DNA of 64,000 nt from a bacterium (GTDB lineage: Bacteria > SAR324 > NAC60-12). This document shows positions 1 to 10,901 of this stretch, piece by piece. The position numbers were made by a program, and so were the translations under genes. Within the stretch, counting starts at the first letter, position 1. The number at the start of each line of letters is the position of its first letter. Under the pieces are notes generated by a model, which had not been told where the DNA came from, did not search any database, and was given only the letters and a program-made list of their open reading frames with translations. The DNA lies in the NCBI GenBank assembly GCA_965209155.1, contig OZ242383.1, positions 3,520,001 through 3,584,000 of the forward strand. Reading direction: 5' to 3'.

Positions 1-34
1 AGTTCTGTTGTCAGGAAATAACTGACCCGTAGTT

Positions 35-126
35 GTCATTGCGAGAAGCGAGGAACGAGCGACGAAGCAATCTCAATGGCTGCAAGAGATTGCTTCGCAA
101 GGGGGCCGCCTAGGCCTCGCAATAAC
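35..126. repeat. Nested palindromic REP/RPE-like element
   Basis: Outer IR GTCATTGCGAG (35-45)/CTCGCAATAAC (116-126) and inner IR CGAAGCAATCTC (63-74)/GAGATTGCTTCG (86-97). Confidence 0.75.
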
Positions 127-153
127 GGGGGAAATCGCAATAAGGTGTGTCGC

Positions 154-1113
154 ATGAGAGCCTATATCATCAGAAGGGTATTGCTCCTAATCCCCACCCT
201 GTTCATCCTGACTATCCTGGTCTTTCTCTCGGTCCGCTTCATCCCGGGCGATGTCGTAGACACCATAGCGTCCAGGCTGGAAACTGCTTATGGCGAGGGG
301 ATTGACCGTGAAGCGGTTGAGCGTATGCTGGGACTGGACGTGCCGGTTTACGTGCAGTATGGACGCTGGATCGGAGATATTCTCCTGCACGGCAGCCTTG
401 GCAAATCCCTGCTGGGCGGTTATGTGATCGAGGAGAAGATCTTAAATAGATTGCCGGTCACCATTGAGCTGGGCCTCCTGGCCATCGTGATTGGGCTGGT
501 GATCGCGTTGCCCATTGGCATCTACTCGGCGATTCGCCAGGATACGGCCGCCGACTACGCGGGGCGCACCCTGGCCATCATCGGTCTGGCCACGCCCAAC
601 TTCTGGCTGGCCCTGATGGTCATACTCTACCCGGCCATCTGGTGGGGCTGGTCGCCCCCGACGGAGCTGGTTTCGTTCACCGAAGACCCGCTGGGGAATC
701 TCGCGGTGTTCCTCATTCCCAGCCTGATTCTGGGGACGGCCCTCTCGGCCGCCACCATGCGGATGACGCGCACGATGATGCTGGAGGTGTTGCGGCAGGA
801 TTACATCCGAACGGCCTGGTCCAAGGGGCTCAGGGAGCGGGTCGTGGTGATCCGGCACACCATCAAAAATGCCCTCATCCCGATCGTGACTCTGATCGGC
901 CTGCAGTTGCCGCTCCTGGTCGGGGGCTCGGTGATCATGGAGCACATCTTTAGCCTGCCGGGGCTCGGTCGTCTTCTGCTGACTGCGCTCACGAGCAGAG
1001 ACTACCCGGTGGTCTCCGGAGTCAACCTGTTTTTCGCCACCGTGGTGGTGGCGGTCAATCTCCTGATCGACCTGATTTATCCTTATTTAGACCCCAGGAT
1101 CCGGTATAAATAG
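154..1113 (+). CDS. Peptide/nickel ABC transporter permease (OppB/DppB-like)
   Basis: MRAYIIRRVLLLIPTL N-terminus, PGD motif, QDYIRTAWSKGL EAA-loop, LDPRI C-terminus. ATG 154 chosen over 76, which lies inside the palindrome. Confidence 0.93.
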   Translation: MRAYIIRRVLLLIPTLFILTILVFLSVRFIPGDVVDTIASRLETAYGEGIDREAVERMLGLDVPVYVQYGRWIGDILLHGSLGKSLLGGYVIEEKILNRLPVTIELGLLAIVIGLVIALPIGIYSAIRQDTAADYAGRTLAIIGLATPNFWLALMVILYPAIWWGWSPPTELVSFTEDPLGNLAVFLIPSLILGTALSAATMRMTRTMMLEVLRQDYIRTAWSKGLRERVVVIRHTIKNALIPIVTLIGLQLPLLVGGSVIMEHIFSLPGLGRLLLTALTSRDYPVVSGVNLFFATVVVAVNLLIDLIYPYLDPRIRYK

Positions 1114-1268
1114 TCGCTGGCGCGAAAGGGATGAGGGGTTAGGATTAATATAGCCAAGAAAACGGTATGGTCGGTGGTCCGACATTTCGGTGACGTCACG
1201 GCCAATGCGAGCGATGCGTTTTTTAGGCCGGGACGTCACCCGGCCCTACCTATAGAGAATTCGAGAAC

Positions 1269-2237
1269 ATGAACAACACCCAAGAGACCCCATCCCCCAT
1301 CCGTGAACCCAGGCGACGTTCCAGGCTGGCGGATTTCTTTATCAGGCTGCTCAAGGAGAAGCCCCTGGGGACCTTCGGCGGGATTATCATCTTGCTCTTG
1401 ATTCTGTTGGCGATCTTTGCCGATGTTCTGGCTCCTTATCGTTATGATAAAATGCACCTGGCAGACCGGCTGCAGGGCGCATCAGTCCAGTATCTCCTGG
1501 GGACCGACCAGTTGGGGCGTGACCTCTTGAGCCGCCTGATCGTCGGGGCACGTCTTTCCATACTGGTCGGTCTGGCAGCGACCACTGTTAATGTGGTCGT
1601 CGCTCTCCTGGTAGGCGGCATTTCCGGATTCATTGGGGGTAAATTTGACCTGACGATGCAGCGATTTGTCGATGCCTGGATGGCTTTCCCGGGATTGCTC
1701 GTCTTGCTAACCATCATGTCCATCGTGGGGCAGGGTTTGGCCCAGCTCATCCTGGTCCTGGGGATCGCCGGAGGCATCAGCGGCTCCCGAGTGATCAGAA
1801 GCGCCGTGATCGCTGTCAAAGAGAATGACTATTTTCTGGCAGCCCAGGCCGTGGGCACCCCCACAACCCAAATCCTCATTCGCCATGTCCTGCCCAATAT
1901 TATCGCCCCCCTCATCATCATCTTCTCGATCAACATCGGGGGGGTGATTATGGCGGAGGCTTCCTTAAGCTTCCTCGGATTCGGTCTGCCCCCAAGCATT
2001 CCCAGCTGGGGTGGTTTGCTCAGCCGGGAAGGGCGGGTCTACATGGAGCAGGCGCCCTGGCTGGCGCTCTGGCCCGGGCTTTGCCTGACGCTTGTCGTCT
2101 ACTCCTTCAACATGTTCGGCGATGCCATGCGCGATCTACTCGATCCCCGGCTGCGGGGCGGTCAGGGAAGTTATGGCGCTGCGATGGTGAAACGCAAACG
2201 AGGATTCCTCTCCAGACTGCTCAACCCCTTCGCTTAG
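1269..2237 (+). CDS. Peptide/nickel ABC transporter permease (OppC/DppC-like)
   Basis: LLGTDQLGRDLLSR, RHVLPN, EASLSFLG, PSWG, GDAMRDLLDPR motifs. Confidence 0.93.
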   Translation: MNNTQETPSPIREPRRRSRLADFFIRLLKEKPLGTFGGIIILLLILLAIFADVLAPYRYDKMHLADRLQGASVQYLLGTDQLGRDLLSRLIVGARLSILVGLAATTVNVVVALLVGGISGFIGGKFDLTMQRFVDAWMAFPGLLVLLTIMSIVGQGLAQLILVLGIAGGISGSRVIRSAVIAVKENDYFLAAQAVGTPTTQILIRHVLPNIIAPLIIIFSINIGGVIMAEASLSFLGFGLPPSIPSWGGLLSREGRVYMEQAPWLALWPGLCLTLVVYSFNMFGDAMRDLLDPRLRGGQGSYGAAMVKRKRGFLSRLLNPFA

Positions 2238-2259
2238 AAATTCGTCCGACCCAGCTCAG

Positions 2260-3039
2260 GTGAAATCTTTTGGCGAGGTCGGAACATCCATAAGATGTCA
2301 AAGAAAGAACGGATGGCTTACCGCCGCGAGTGCCAGGCCGTTTTCCAAGACCCATACGCCGTCTTTAACCCCCTTCTATCGCGCTGATCACGTGTTCAAT
2401 ATGGCCGTCTCCGGATTTCAGCTGGCCCGCGGCAGGGCTGAGGCGAGAAGGATGATCGAGGAGGCGCTGGAGGTCGTGGGCATAAGACCGGAGGAGATCT
2501 TGAGAAAATACCCTCTTCAACTCTCGGGTGGACAGAGACAGCGGATCATCGTGCCCCGCGCCTTCATGTTGAAACCGCGCCTCATTGTTGCCGACGAACC
2601 GGTCTCCATGATCGATGCCTCGCTGAGAGCCCAGATCCTCGAGATCATGCTCAAGCTGAAGGAGGATTTCGGCATTAGCTTTCTCTTTATCACCCACGAC
2701 CTCTCCACCGCGTATCAGATCAGCGACCGGATCTTCATCCTGTACCGGGGGTCCGTCGCGGAGACCGGGGATGCCACCGGAGTCATCAATGATCCTCAGC
2801 ACCCCTACACTCAGCTCCTGATCGGCTCCATCCCCACTCCCGACCCATCCGCCAAATGGCAAGAGGAGGTATCCGTTGAAGAGGAGATGGGAAAGGGCGA
2901 TCGGGTGGGATGCAAGTTCTACCGTCGTTGTCCCCACGCCACGCGGATCTGTCACGAGCGTCCTCCCCCTCTGTACCCAGTGGGCGATTGTCATCAGCCT
3001 TCGTGCTACTTTTACAGGGAACTAAAGAGGGACAAATGA
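2260..3039 (+). pseudogene. 5'-truncated oligopeptide ABC ATPase (OppF-like)
   Basis: LSGGQRQR, ADEPVSMID, FITHDL, HPYT and C-terminal GCxF..RC..C..C are present, but there is no Walker A and the N-terminus is not homologous. Confidence 0.75.
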
Positions 3040-3271
3040 CATCTGTCAAAGAGACACTTTAAAAAGGGGGTCAGGCGTGAAAGTTTGAATTATCAAGCAA
3101 GTACTTGACGTTTCCGTTCCTCTAATTGATTTTGGAGACCCTCGCATTCTTTCAATCGTGGTCTCAACCGGTGCACGGCAAAGCGGATCGTCGAAATAGG
3201 AGCAAGAGGAGTCTCGCTGTTTTTTTTCTTCGTCAAGTTTGGACCATTGAGACATGCGACCTCTTGTCGCA

Positions 3272-3343
3272 CGCTAACGACCAAGCTCAGCCACGGGCGG
3301 CCCGCGTAGTGGGTTGGCCGTCGGCTGGAGCGACTGGTCAGGC
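3272..3343 (-). other. attC-like integron cassette recombination site
   Basis: Minus strand GCCTGAC-CAGTCGCTCCAGCC...GGCTGAGCTTGGTC-GTTAGCG is an imperfect palindrome with R''/R' boxes overlapping the stop of the 3338-3517 gene. Confidence 0.65.
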
Positions 3344-3517
3344 AGTGCTTCTTTCTTCCAATTCAGAATTGCCCATCTGGCGGCTAACCAAACGATCTCT
3401 GTAACGTTTTTGACGCATCCGGTAGTACTCCAGCAGTTTACGTGGATCGTGATCCACCAACTCGGATATCTGATGACGCACGTCACGGATGGCCTGAATG
3501 ATGGGATCATTTTTCAT
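3338..3517 (-). CDS. Small putative antitoxin of a PIN-type TA pair (59 aa)
   Basis: MKNDPIIQAIRDVRHQIS.. resembles the small partners of TWNCxH PIN proteins. Its ATG overlaps the reconstructed PIN stop (ATGA). Confidence 0.65.
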   Translation of the reverse strand: MKNDPIIQAIRDVRHQISELVDHDPRKLLEYYRMRQKRYRDRLVSRQMGNSELEERSTA

Positions 3518-3537
3518 AATGCCTCCGTCTCCCCAAT

Positions 3538-4104
3538 TAATTAATCTCATTAAACCACCAGCTCTGCTGGTGCGAACCTAATAGGCTTTGCCGGTCAGAC
3601 ATGAGAAAGGTATCCGTGTCCGTTAGCCGTGCTCGTGCTCGTGAACGGTCAGTGAATTCGACGGCACATTTTGGTTAACATAGAAACAATGCGATGAAGT
3701 AACTGTTTCCCTTCGTCAAATAAAGGAGGCTGGATGATCTTCAACACGTTTAAAACATCGAGAATAGCAGCGCATTCCATTGCGGAACCTCGGGCAAATG
3801 CATAGAATCGTTGCTTGTCAGCAAAGGAATTTTTTCCACAGCCTTCTGCGATATTGAGAGGAATCGATCATGAGGCCCTTTTCAGTTGGTCAACTAAGGC
3901 TGAGTATCCTTTTGGCAATGTTTCGATGACTTGGACAGATAACGCTAAAAATTCGATGGAACATTGGTATACATCGAGTTTTTCATGATCTAACATGGCA
4001 GCCTTTTTCGTTCACGAGCACGAGCACGTCTTACGATGACGAACACGTTTTGCCCTCATACTGGGGGCCTCTTCAAGCCACCGGCTCTGCCGGTGGTGAT
4101 GACT
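3538..4104 (-). mobile_element. IS200/IS605-ended four-helix-bundle element, copy 1 (567 bp)
   Basis: Near-identical to 14684-15254 and 50930-51496 in reverse. Terminal hairpins CCACCGGC-AGA-GCCGGTGG and CACCAGC-AGA-GCTGGTG. Confidence 0.9.
3649..3996 (-). pseudogene. Four-helix-bundle protein (23S rRNA IVS protein/bAvd-like) with nonsense mutation
   Basis: Same ORF as 51038-51385 but TGG>TGA at 3868-3870. Confidence 0.85.
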
Positions 4105-4237
4105 CAAGAGGTGTTATAAGCGACGGAACAAATAAACCAAGAATTCCGTTGATCCGTCGAAAATGCGAAAATTTGTTAGCGTTCGCAAGATGACGGCAAT
4201 TCCACGTAAGAAGAAAATCGATCTTGTGAGTTGATGC
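4105..4237 (-). pseudogene. C-terminal fragment of PIN-domain (VapC-like) toxin
   Basis: IDFLLTWNCRHLANA...ITPLE motif. The last codons (LIGETEAL*) lie at 3514-3540, beyond the inserted element. Confidence 0.8.
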
Positions 4238-4390
4238 ATTTGAGCCAAGCGATGAACACCTGACAAGTCGTGCCGGATTGGCCTTGTTTGCCCAGTATCT
4301 GCAAAGCATTCAACGGATTCCGGTCCGGGAGAAGATGTTTGCTTCGATGCGTAAAAACAAAAAAGGGATTGCGGTCACTGATTTCTTTTT
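4230..4390 (+). pseudogene. IS1380-like transposase N-terminal remnant
   Basis: + frame reads FEPSDEHLTSRAGLALFAQYLQSI...FASMRKNKKG, resembling IS1380 N-termini. Confidence 0.55.
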
Positions 4391-4393
4391 TTC

Positions 4394-4421
4394 TTGACTA
4401 TTGTGAAGTCCCTTTTATATT
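4394..4421 (+). promoter_or_regulatory. Putative sigma70 promoter
   Basis: TTGACT-16 bp-TATATT upstream of AAGGAG RBS and ATG 4496. Confidence 0.45.
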
Positions 4422-4495
4422 AGAAATTGCAAATAACAATAACACATAAAGTCGAACCACCTGACTCATAAAACAGCTCATTAAAGGAGATTAAA

Positions 4496-4753
4496 ATGAT
4501 TTTAAGAAATATTCGCCTTTCTAAGGTAATTCATACTTTTAAAAAAACAAAATTTGATATTGAATTTCACTACAATAATCGCGAATGTATTGAAGAAAAT
4601 ATTACATTAAATCATGATCAATATGATGAATTGACAACATTTAAAGACATTACTATACCAGCCGACTTTGAAGATCAAGAAGATTTCCAACGCCTTATTA
4701 CATATTTTTTAGAACACAATGAAAAAATTTTTCAAAGAGGTGCAGTAATTTAA
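4496..4753 (+). CDS. Hypothetical protein (85 aa, AT-rich)
   Basis: Strong AAGGAG RBS and open frame, no recognised family. Confidence 0.65.
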   Translation: MILRNIRLSKVIHTFKKTKFDIEFHYNNRECIEENITLNHDQYDELTTFKDITIPADFEDQEDFQRLITYFLEHNEKIFQRGAVI

Positions 4754-4988
4754 CAAAGACTTTAACCTACTCAATGGGTTTGCTTTTATCCGTTTCCTCA
4801 ATTGATGAACCCTGTAACTCAAGGATAAAAGTAAATTCAAGAGCCTATTAAAAAAAGGAATGACCGTTGAGAGGATGATTGATCCCGGATGCCGGATAAC
4901 TTCACCAGCGCTTTTTTTGTATTCGTCTCCTACCCTGACACCGGAAGCCTTGAAGAAGAATGTGGGCGTCTTGTTTTTGATGAAACGC

Positions 4989-5762
4989 TCATTGATCCCA
5001 ATATCGTAACGCGCATCGAGTATCTTTCTGCACGAGTTCGTAGAATCGAGCATTGTGACCAAGCCAGGGACTGGCGCGATGGCGATATTCATGAATCAGG
5101 GTCTCAATCAACAATGATTTTTTTGGACCTCCGTAAAACCAGAAGTTGGAACGGTGGATCTTGATCTGGTATTCTCCCCAATAAAAACCTGTTTCCCCAT
5201 ACTGAATTTTATTATGATGATAAACACTTTCCGGAGTGTAAAGAACGGGGATGGTTTGTATTTTTTCCAGCATCTGGTCAGAAAAACAAGGCAAGTGAGC
5301 CAATTTTCTTGCAAAACTCTCAATCACTTGCTGTCGGGCAGTAACGTTTTCCAAAACGACCCCCAACAAGTGATAACGGTCCATCAGAAAGAATAACGTT
5401 CCAAAGACCATGGTAACCATTAAAAAGACACTCAACCATTTCCCCCGTACTGGGGACCTGGGGCTTTTCCGGTAGAGGTGTCGTTTTTTGAGGCTTACCC
5501 ATTCCCTCCATTCTCTTTGCAAACCGTGCAGTAACGATTCTTTCAGGTTGTCCCAATCGAGTTCGTCAAATGATTGAGAAGTTGGCAAATCCAATTGAAA
5601 AAACGCCTGTTCACCACAACGATGACAGTCGATTCGGGCAAACCAAGACTGATCATTTCCTCGCAAAGGTATCAAAGAAATCCTGTCGCTCTGACAGAGT
5701 GGACAGGTCAACGTTTGGGGGGGATACCATTCATTCTCTCGCAAATTGTAATACCTACTCAT
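4989..5762 (-). CDS. Membrane-anchored zincin-like metallopeptidase with N-terminal Zn ribbon
   Basis: CPLC..CHRC, one TM segment, LIHEYRH...GHNARF (HExxH+H). Confidence 0.65.
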   Translation of the reverse strand: MSRYYNLRENEWYPPQTLTCPLCQSDRISLIPLRGNDQSWFARIDCHRCGEQAFFQLDLPTSQSFDELDWDNLKESLLHGLQREWREWVSLKKRHLYRKSPRSPVRGKWLSVFLMVTMVFGTLFFLMDRYHLLGVVLENVTARQQVIESFARKLAHLPCFSDQMLEKIQTIPVLYTPESVYHHNKIQYGETGFYWGEYQIKIHRSNFWFYGGPKKSLLIETLIHEYRHRASPWLGHNARFYELVQKDTRCALRYWDQ

Positions 5763-5792
5763 TTGACAGGAAGCAGAAGGCGTGGAATTTCT

Positions 5793-6623
5793 CTACCACA
5801 TGACCCAACCGCTGGTATTGATGTCTTGTCCGGTCATACTCGATGATTCGTCCGAGGCAAGATAAAGCGCTAAGGATGCCGAATCTTCCGGTCCCGAATG
5901 TTTATCGAGGTAGTCTTCATCCGAACACCACCTGCCTGCGAGCACCTTATTCTTTTTTGACTTTTTAAATTCCTCACGAAAAGCGGATTCATCAAAAGGT
6001 CGATTATTGTAAGAGGCTCGCGCACGTGTCAACTCTGCGGTTCTATCTTCATGTATACCGGGACAAATTGCATTTACGTTGATGTTGTACCGTCCCACGT
6101 CGGCAGCCAATGTTCGGGTGAAACCAATCACTCCCATCTTGGAAGTCGCATAAGGTGTCCGATGCGAAAGGGGTTCCTTTCCCGTACCTGAGCTGAAGTT
6201 GATGATTTTTCCATAACGATTGCGGATCATTTCGGGTAAAACTGCTTTACAACAGATAAATAGTGAATCGAGATTAATGGCGAGTGTTTTTTTCCATTCG
6301 CCCAAGGTCATCATCCAAACATCTTTGGTGGGTCCTGCAATGCCAACCACGTTGGCCAGAATATCAATGGTCCCCAGTTGCTTTACGGTTTCCCGTACCA
6401 TCTCGTTGACATCATGCTCCTTGGAGACGTCAGTCTGGAAGCACAACGCTTTGCCTCCTTTATCACGAATTTCGGAACCCAGCTTCTCTTCCAAACTCGT
6501 CACTGGGATGATATCACAAATGGCCAGCGCGGCTCCCTCTTCAGCGAACCGTCTCGCTACCGCTTCCGCATGCCCTCTACCTGCACCGGTGATCATGGCG
6601 ACTTTACCCGTCAATTTTCCCAT
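5793..6623 (-). CDS. SDR family oxidoreductase
   Basis: TGAGRG, YATSK catalytic motif, VNAICPG. Confidence 0.92.
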   Translation of the reverse strand: MGKLTGKVAMITGAGRGHAEAVARRFAEEGAALAICDIIPVTSLEEKLGSEIRDKGGKALCFQTDVSKEHDVNEMVRETVKQLGTIDILANVVGIAGPTKDVWMMTLGEWKKTLAINLDSLFICCKAVLPEMIRNRYGKIINFSSGTGKEPLSHRTPYATSKMGVIGFTRTLAADVGRYNINVNAICPGIHEDRTAELTRARASYNNRPFDESAFREEFKKSKKNKVLAGRWCSDEDYLDKHSGPEDSASLALYLASDESSSMTGQDINTSGWVMW

Positions 6624-6772
6624 AACATTTTCCTTCTTTTTTTGATTTTAAATGGCTTCATTGCATTTTGACAATGGTTGGCTTTACGTAGGAGGAGAGA
6701 TTCAACAAAGTCTCGTTCATGCTTCCAGTTCGGAATACCAAATCCGGGACAATCACTACCGGATTGATTCTT

Positions 6773-7954
<1,182 letters not shown>

Positions 7955-10099
7955 TTAAGTATAGAATCCTTTGGAGTCCCTTGCCATTGCATGAATTTGC
8001 TCGGTGGGTTCATACAATGGGTTATTGGTCGCATAGCGTCGCGCTTTTTCACACAAACTCTCCAATCCAATAGAATCCGCATATTTAAGCAATCCTCCGC
8101 GGAATGGAGGGAACCCGATTCCATAAATACAACCCATATCCAGCTCCTGGGGAGTGAAGACGATTTCATCCTCCAGACAGCGTGAGCTTTCGATAATCAT
8201 GGGAAGCATCATACGCTCCACAATTTCCTCATCCGTGACCTCTATTTTATGGATTATCAAGGATTGCAGCAGGACGTCGACGTCAGGATCCGACTTTTTA
8301 CCAGCTTTCCCTTTCTGATCTGTAGCATAGCGATAAAACCCTCGCCCGTTTTTTTGCCCGAAGCGCCCGTTTTCACAGAGAATCACTACTGCGGATTTTG
8401 CTTCGCTTTTCATGCGATCCGGAAAGCCTTGGGCCATCACTTCTTCGACATGAGCTGCCGTGTCCAATCCGATCACATCCAGCAAATGAGCGGGGCCCAT
8501 AGGCCATCCGAATTTTTCCATCACCTTGTCAATTCTCTTGAAATCCACTCCATGGCCCAACAATCCCATGAAACCGGCAAAGTAAGGCGCAAGAATTCGG
8601 TTGATTAAAAATCCGGGACAATCATTGACCACCAAAGGGCTCTTGCCCAGGGCGGTCGCATATCCCACGGCTTGCGCAATGGCTTGCTCTCCGGATTGCT
8701 CTCCGCGTATCACCTCGACCAAAGGCATACGGTGCACCGGATTGAAAAAATGCATGCCGCAGAAGGATTCCGGACGCTTCAGTCCTTCTGCAAGCTTAGT
8801 GATAGAAAGGGTTGAAGTATTGGAAGTGAGGATCGCTTCGTTTCTCATTATTGCTTCCGTCTCCATGAGAACCTTTTTTTTCAATTCGAGATTTTCAGCG
8901 ACTGCCTCCACGATGATGTCGGCAGCTTTTATGTCCTCATAGGAAAGGGTGCTCTGAATTTTATTCAAAATGGTTGCCATTGCTCCAGCATCGATTCTAC
9001 CTCGGGAAATTTGCTTTTCCAGTAAACTGGCCGAATGGGACAATCCAGCAGTGGTAGCCTTGGTGTCAACATCTTTCATCACCACCGGAATTCCTCGATA
9101 TGCCGATTGATAGGCGATACCACCCCCCATGATACCTGCTCCGAGCACGGCAGCCGATTGGATTGGTACAGCAGATTTCTGGTATTTTTTTGCATTTTTC
9201 TTCAAGTGTTGATCATTGAGAAAGAGGGAGACCAAGTTGGCGGCAACTGCGGTTTTTGCCAGTTTCGAAAAACCCTGATGTTCAAGATCCAAGGCTTTTT
9301 CCCGGCCATGGGTAGCAGCGGATTGCATGACTTCCACTGCTTTGACGGGAGCAGGATAATGGGGTCCTGCTTCTCCTGAAACAAATATTTTACCTCCTTC
9401 AAAGACCATCAATCCCTCCATAGCGTCGAGGTTCAAGGGCTCCAGTTTTTCTTGTCGTTTCGCTTTCCAATCCAGTTTCCCGGAAATGGCTTGCCGCAAG
9501 AGATGCAAGGAGGCCTCTTTCAGCTTTTCCGGTTCAACAACGGCTTCCACAACACCATGTTGGAATGCATCCTTTGCATGGTATTCCTTCCCCCCGGCGA
9601 TCCATTCGATGGCATTGTCGGCTCCTATCACTCGCGGTAGACGCATGGTTCCTCCAAATCCTGGGATAATACCGAGTTTCACTTCAGGCTGCCCCACTTT
9701 TGCTTGAGTGGACATGATCCGGTAGGTCGTGGCCAATCCCATTTCCAAACCGCCCCCCAAGGCATATCCGTTGAACGCGCACACACTGGGAAAATCAAGG
9801 TCTTCCAAGTCGCAAAAAATCCCATTGGCCGTTTTGAGCCAGGCAATGATTTCTTCTTCGGAACTGCTGAAATAGTCCAAAAACTCGCTGATATCTGCTC
9901 CGACGATAAAAGCGTCTTTTGCGCTGCTGACCAATAGTCCCCGGATGGTCGAGTCTCCTTTGAGTTGATCGGTCACCTCTCGTAATTCAGTCAGAGTTTT
10001 CCTGTCAAACTTATTGACAGACCTCCTCGCATCAAAAATCAACTCCACCATCCCATCTTCCAGGGGCTGACAACGGATTGTCTGACCTTCATAATTCAT
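7955..10099 (-). CDS. fadB: Fatty acid oxidation complex alpha subunit
   Basis: Crotonase N-terminus (LGGGLE, PEVKLG) plus 3-hydroxyacyl-CoA dehydrogenase (GAGIMGGG, MHFFNP). Confidence 0.95.
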   Translation of the reverse strand: MNYEGQTIRCQPLEDGMVELIFDARRSVNKFDRKTLTELREVTDQLKGDSTIRGLLVSSAKDAFIVGADISEFLDYFSSSEEEIIAWLKTANGIFCDLEDLDFPSVCAFNGYALGGGLEMGLATTYRIMSTQAKVGQPEVKLGIIPGFGGTMRLPRVIGADNAIEWIAGGKEYHAKDAFQHGVVEAVVEPEKLKEASLHLLRQAISGKLDWKAKRQEKLEPLNLDAMEGLMVFEGGKIFVSGEAGPHYPAPVKAVEVMQSAATHGREKALDLEHQGFSKLAKTAVAANLVSLFLNDQHLKKNAKKYQKSAVPIQSAAVLGAGIMGGGIAYQSAYRGIPVVMKDVDTKATTAGLSHSASLLEKQISRGRIDAGAMATILNKIQSTLSYEDIKAADIIVEAVAENLELKKKVLMETEAIMRNEAILTSNTSTLSITKLAEGLKRPESFCGMHFFNPVHRMPLVEVIRGEQSGEQAIAQAVGYATALGKSPLVVNDCPGFLINRILAPYFAGFMGLLGHGVDFKRIDKVMEKFGWPMGPAHLLDVIGLDTAAHVEEVMAQGFPDRMKSEAKSAVVILCENGRFGQKNGRGFYRYATDQKGKAGKKSDPDVDVLLQSLIIHKIEVTDEEIVERMMLPMIIESSRCLEDEIVFTPQELDMGCIYGIGFPPFRGGLLKYADSIGLESLCEKARRYATNNPLYEPTEQIHAMARDSKGFYT

Positions 10100-10107
10100 T
10101 GCTTCAC

Positions 10108-10303
10108 CTTAAACTTGTCCCCGCTAAACTTGTCCTCGCGAAAGCGGGGAGCGGGGATCCGGATTTCTGCCTGGCCGCATGCCTCTGGATTCCTGGTCCC
10201 GGATCAAGTCCGGGATGATCCGGGACAGGAATGACAAGGTTTCTCCAAGATATGAAGATTCCATAAAATATTGGATTGATTGAATGCTTATCTCGAACTG
10301 AGG
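10108..10303. repeat. Palindromic miniature element, family A (partial)
   Basis: Shares CTTGTCCCCG..GAAAGCGGGG, CTGGATTCCTGGTC..GGAATGAC and the terminal CTTATCTCGAACT with 33964-34306. Confidence 0.7.
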
Positions 10304-10431
10304 TTCCGTACAAGAGTCAGGCAATTGTATTGCCTTGTCAAGCATTATATTTTTTTAAACGGCAAGCGGTCCGGAGACAATGGAGTTTGAAGGAATGGTT
10401 CTAGAGACCAAGGGGGAGATGCGGAATCTTC

Positions 10432-10852
10432 GTATACCAATGTTCCATCGAATTTTTAGCGTTATCTGTCCAAGTCATCGAAACATTGCCAAAAGGATAC
10501 TCAGCCTTTGTTGACCAACTGAAAAGGGCCTCATGGTCGATTCCTCTCAATATCGCAGAAGGCTGTGGAAAAAATTCCTTTCCTGACAAGCAACGATTCT
10601 ATGCATTTGCCCGAGGTTCCGCAATGGAATGCGCTGCTATTCTCGATGTTTTAAAGGTGTTGAAGATCATCCAGCCTCCTTTATTTGACGAAGGGAAACA
10701 GTTACTTCATCGCAGTGTTTCTATGTTAACCAAAATGTGCCGTCGAATTCACTGACCGTTCACGAGCACGAGCACGTCTTACGATGACGAACACGTTTTG
10801 CCCTCATACTGGGGGCCTCTTCAAGCCACTGGCTCTGCCGGTGGTGATGACT
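10432..10852 (+). mobile_element. Four-helix-bundle element, copy 2 (5'-truncated, cargo inverted relative to the end)
   Basis: Gene remnant 10432-10755 lacks its first codons and is followed by the reverse complement of the end that precedes the gene in the other copies. Confidence 0.85.
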
Positions 10853-10901
10853 CGTAGCGATGATGAAAGAGAGGCGATACGAAAGCTTGTGATTCTATGA
10901 A

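Noticed and set aside
3649..3996. 23S rRNA gene with intervening sequence
   Set aside because: Flanks of all four copies are protein-coding or intergenic, with no rRNA sequence seen
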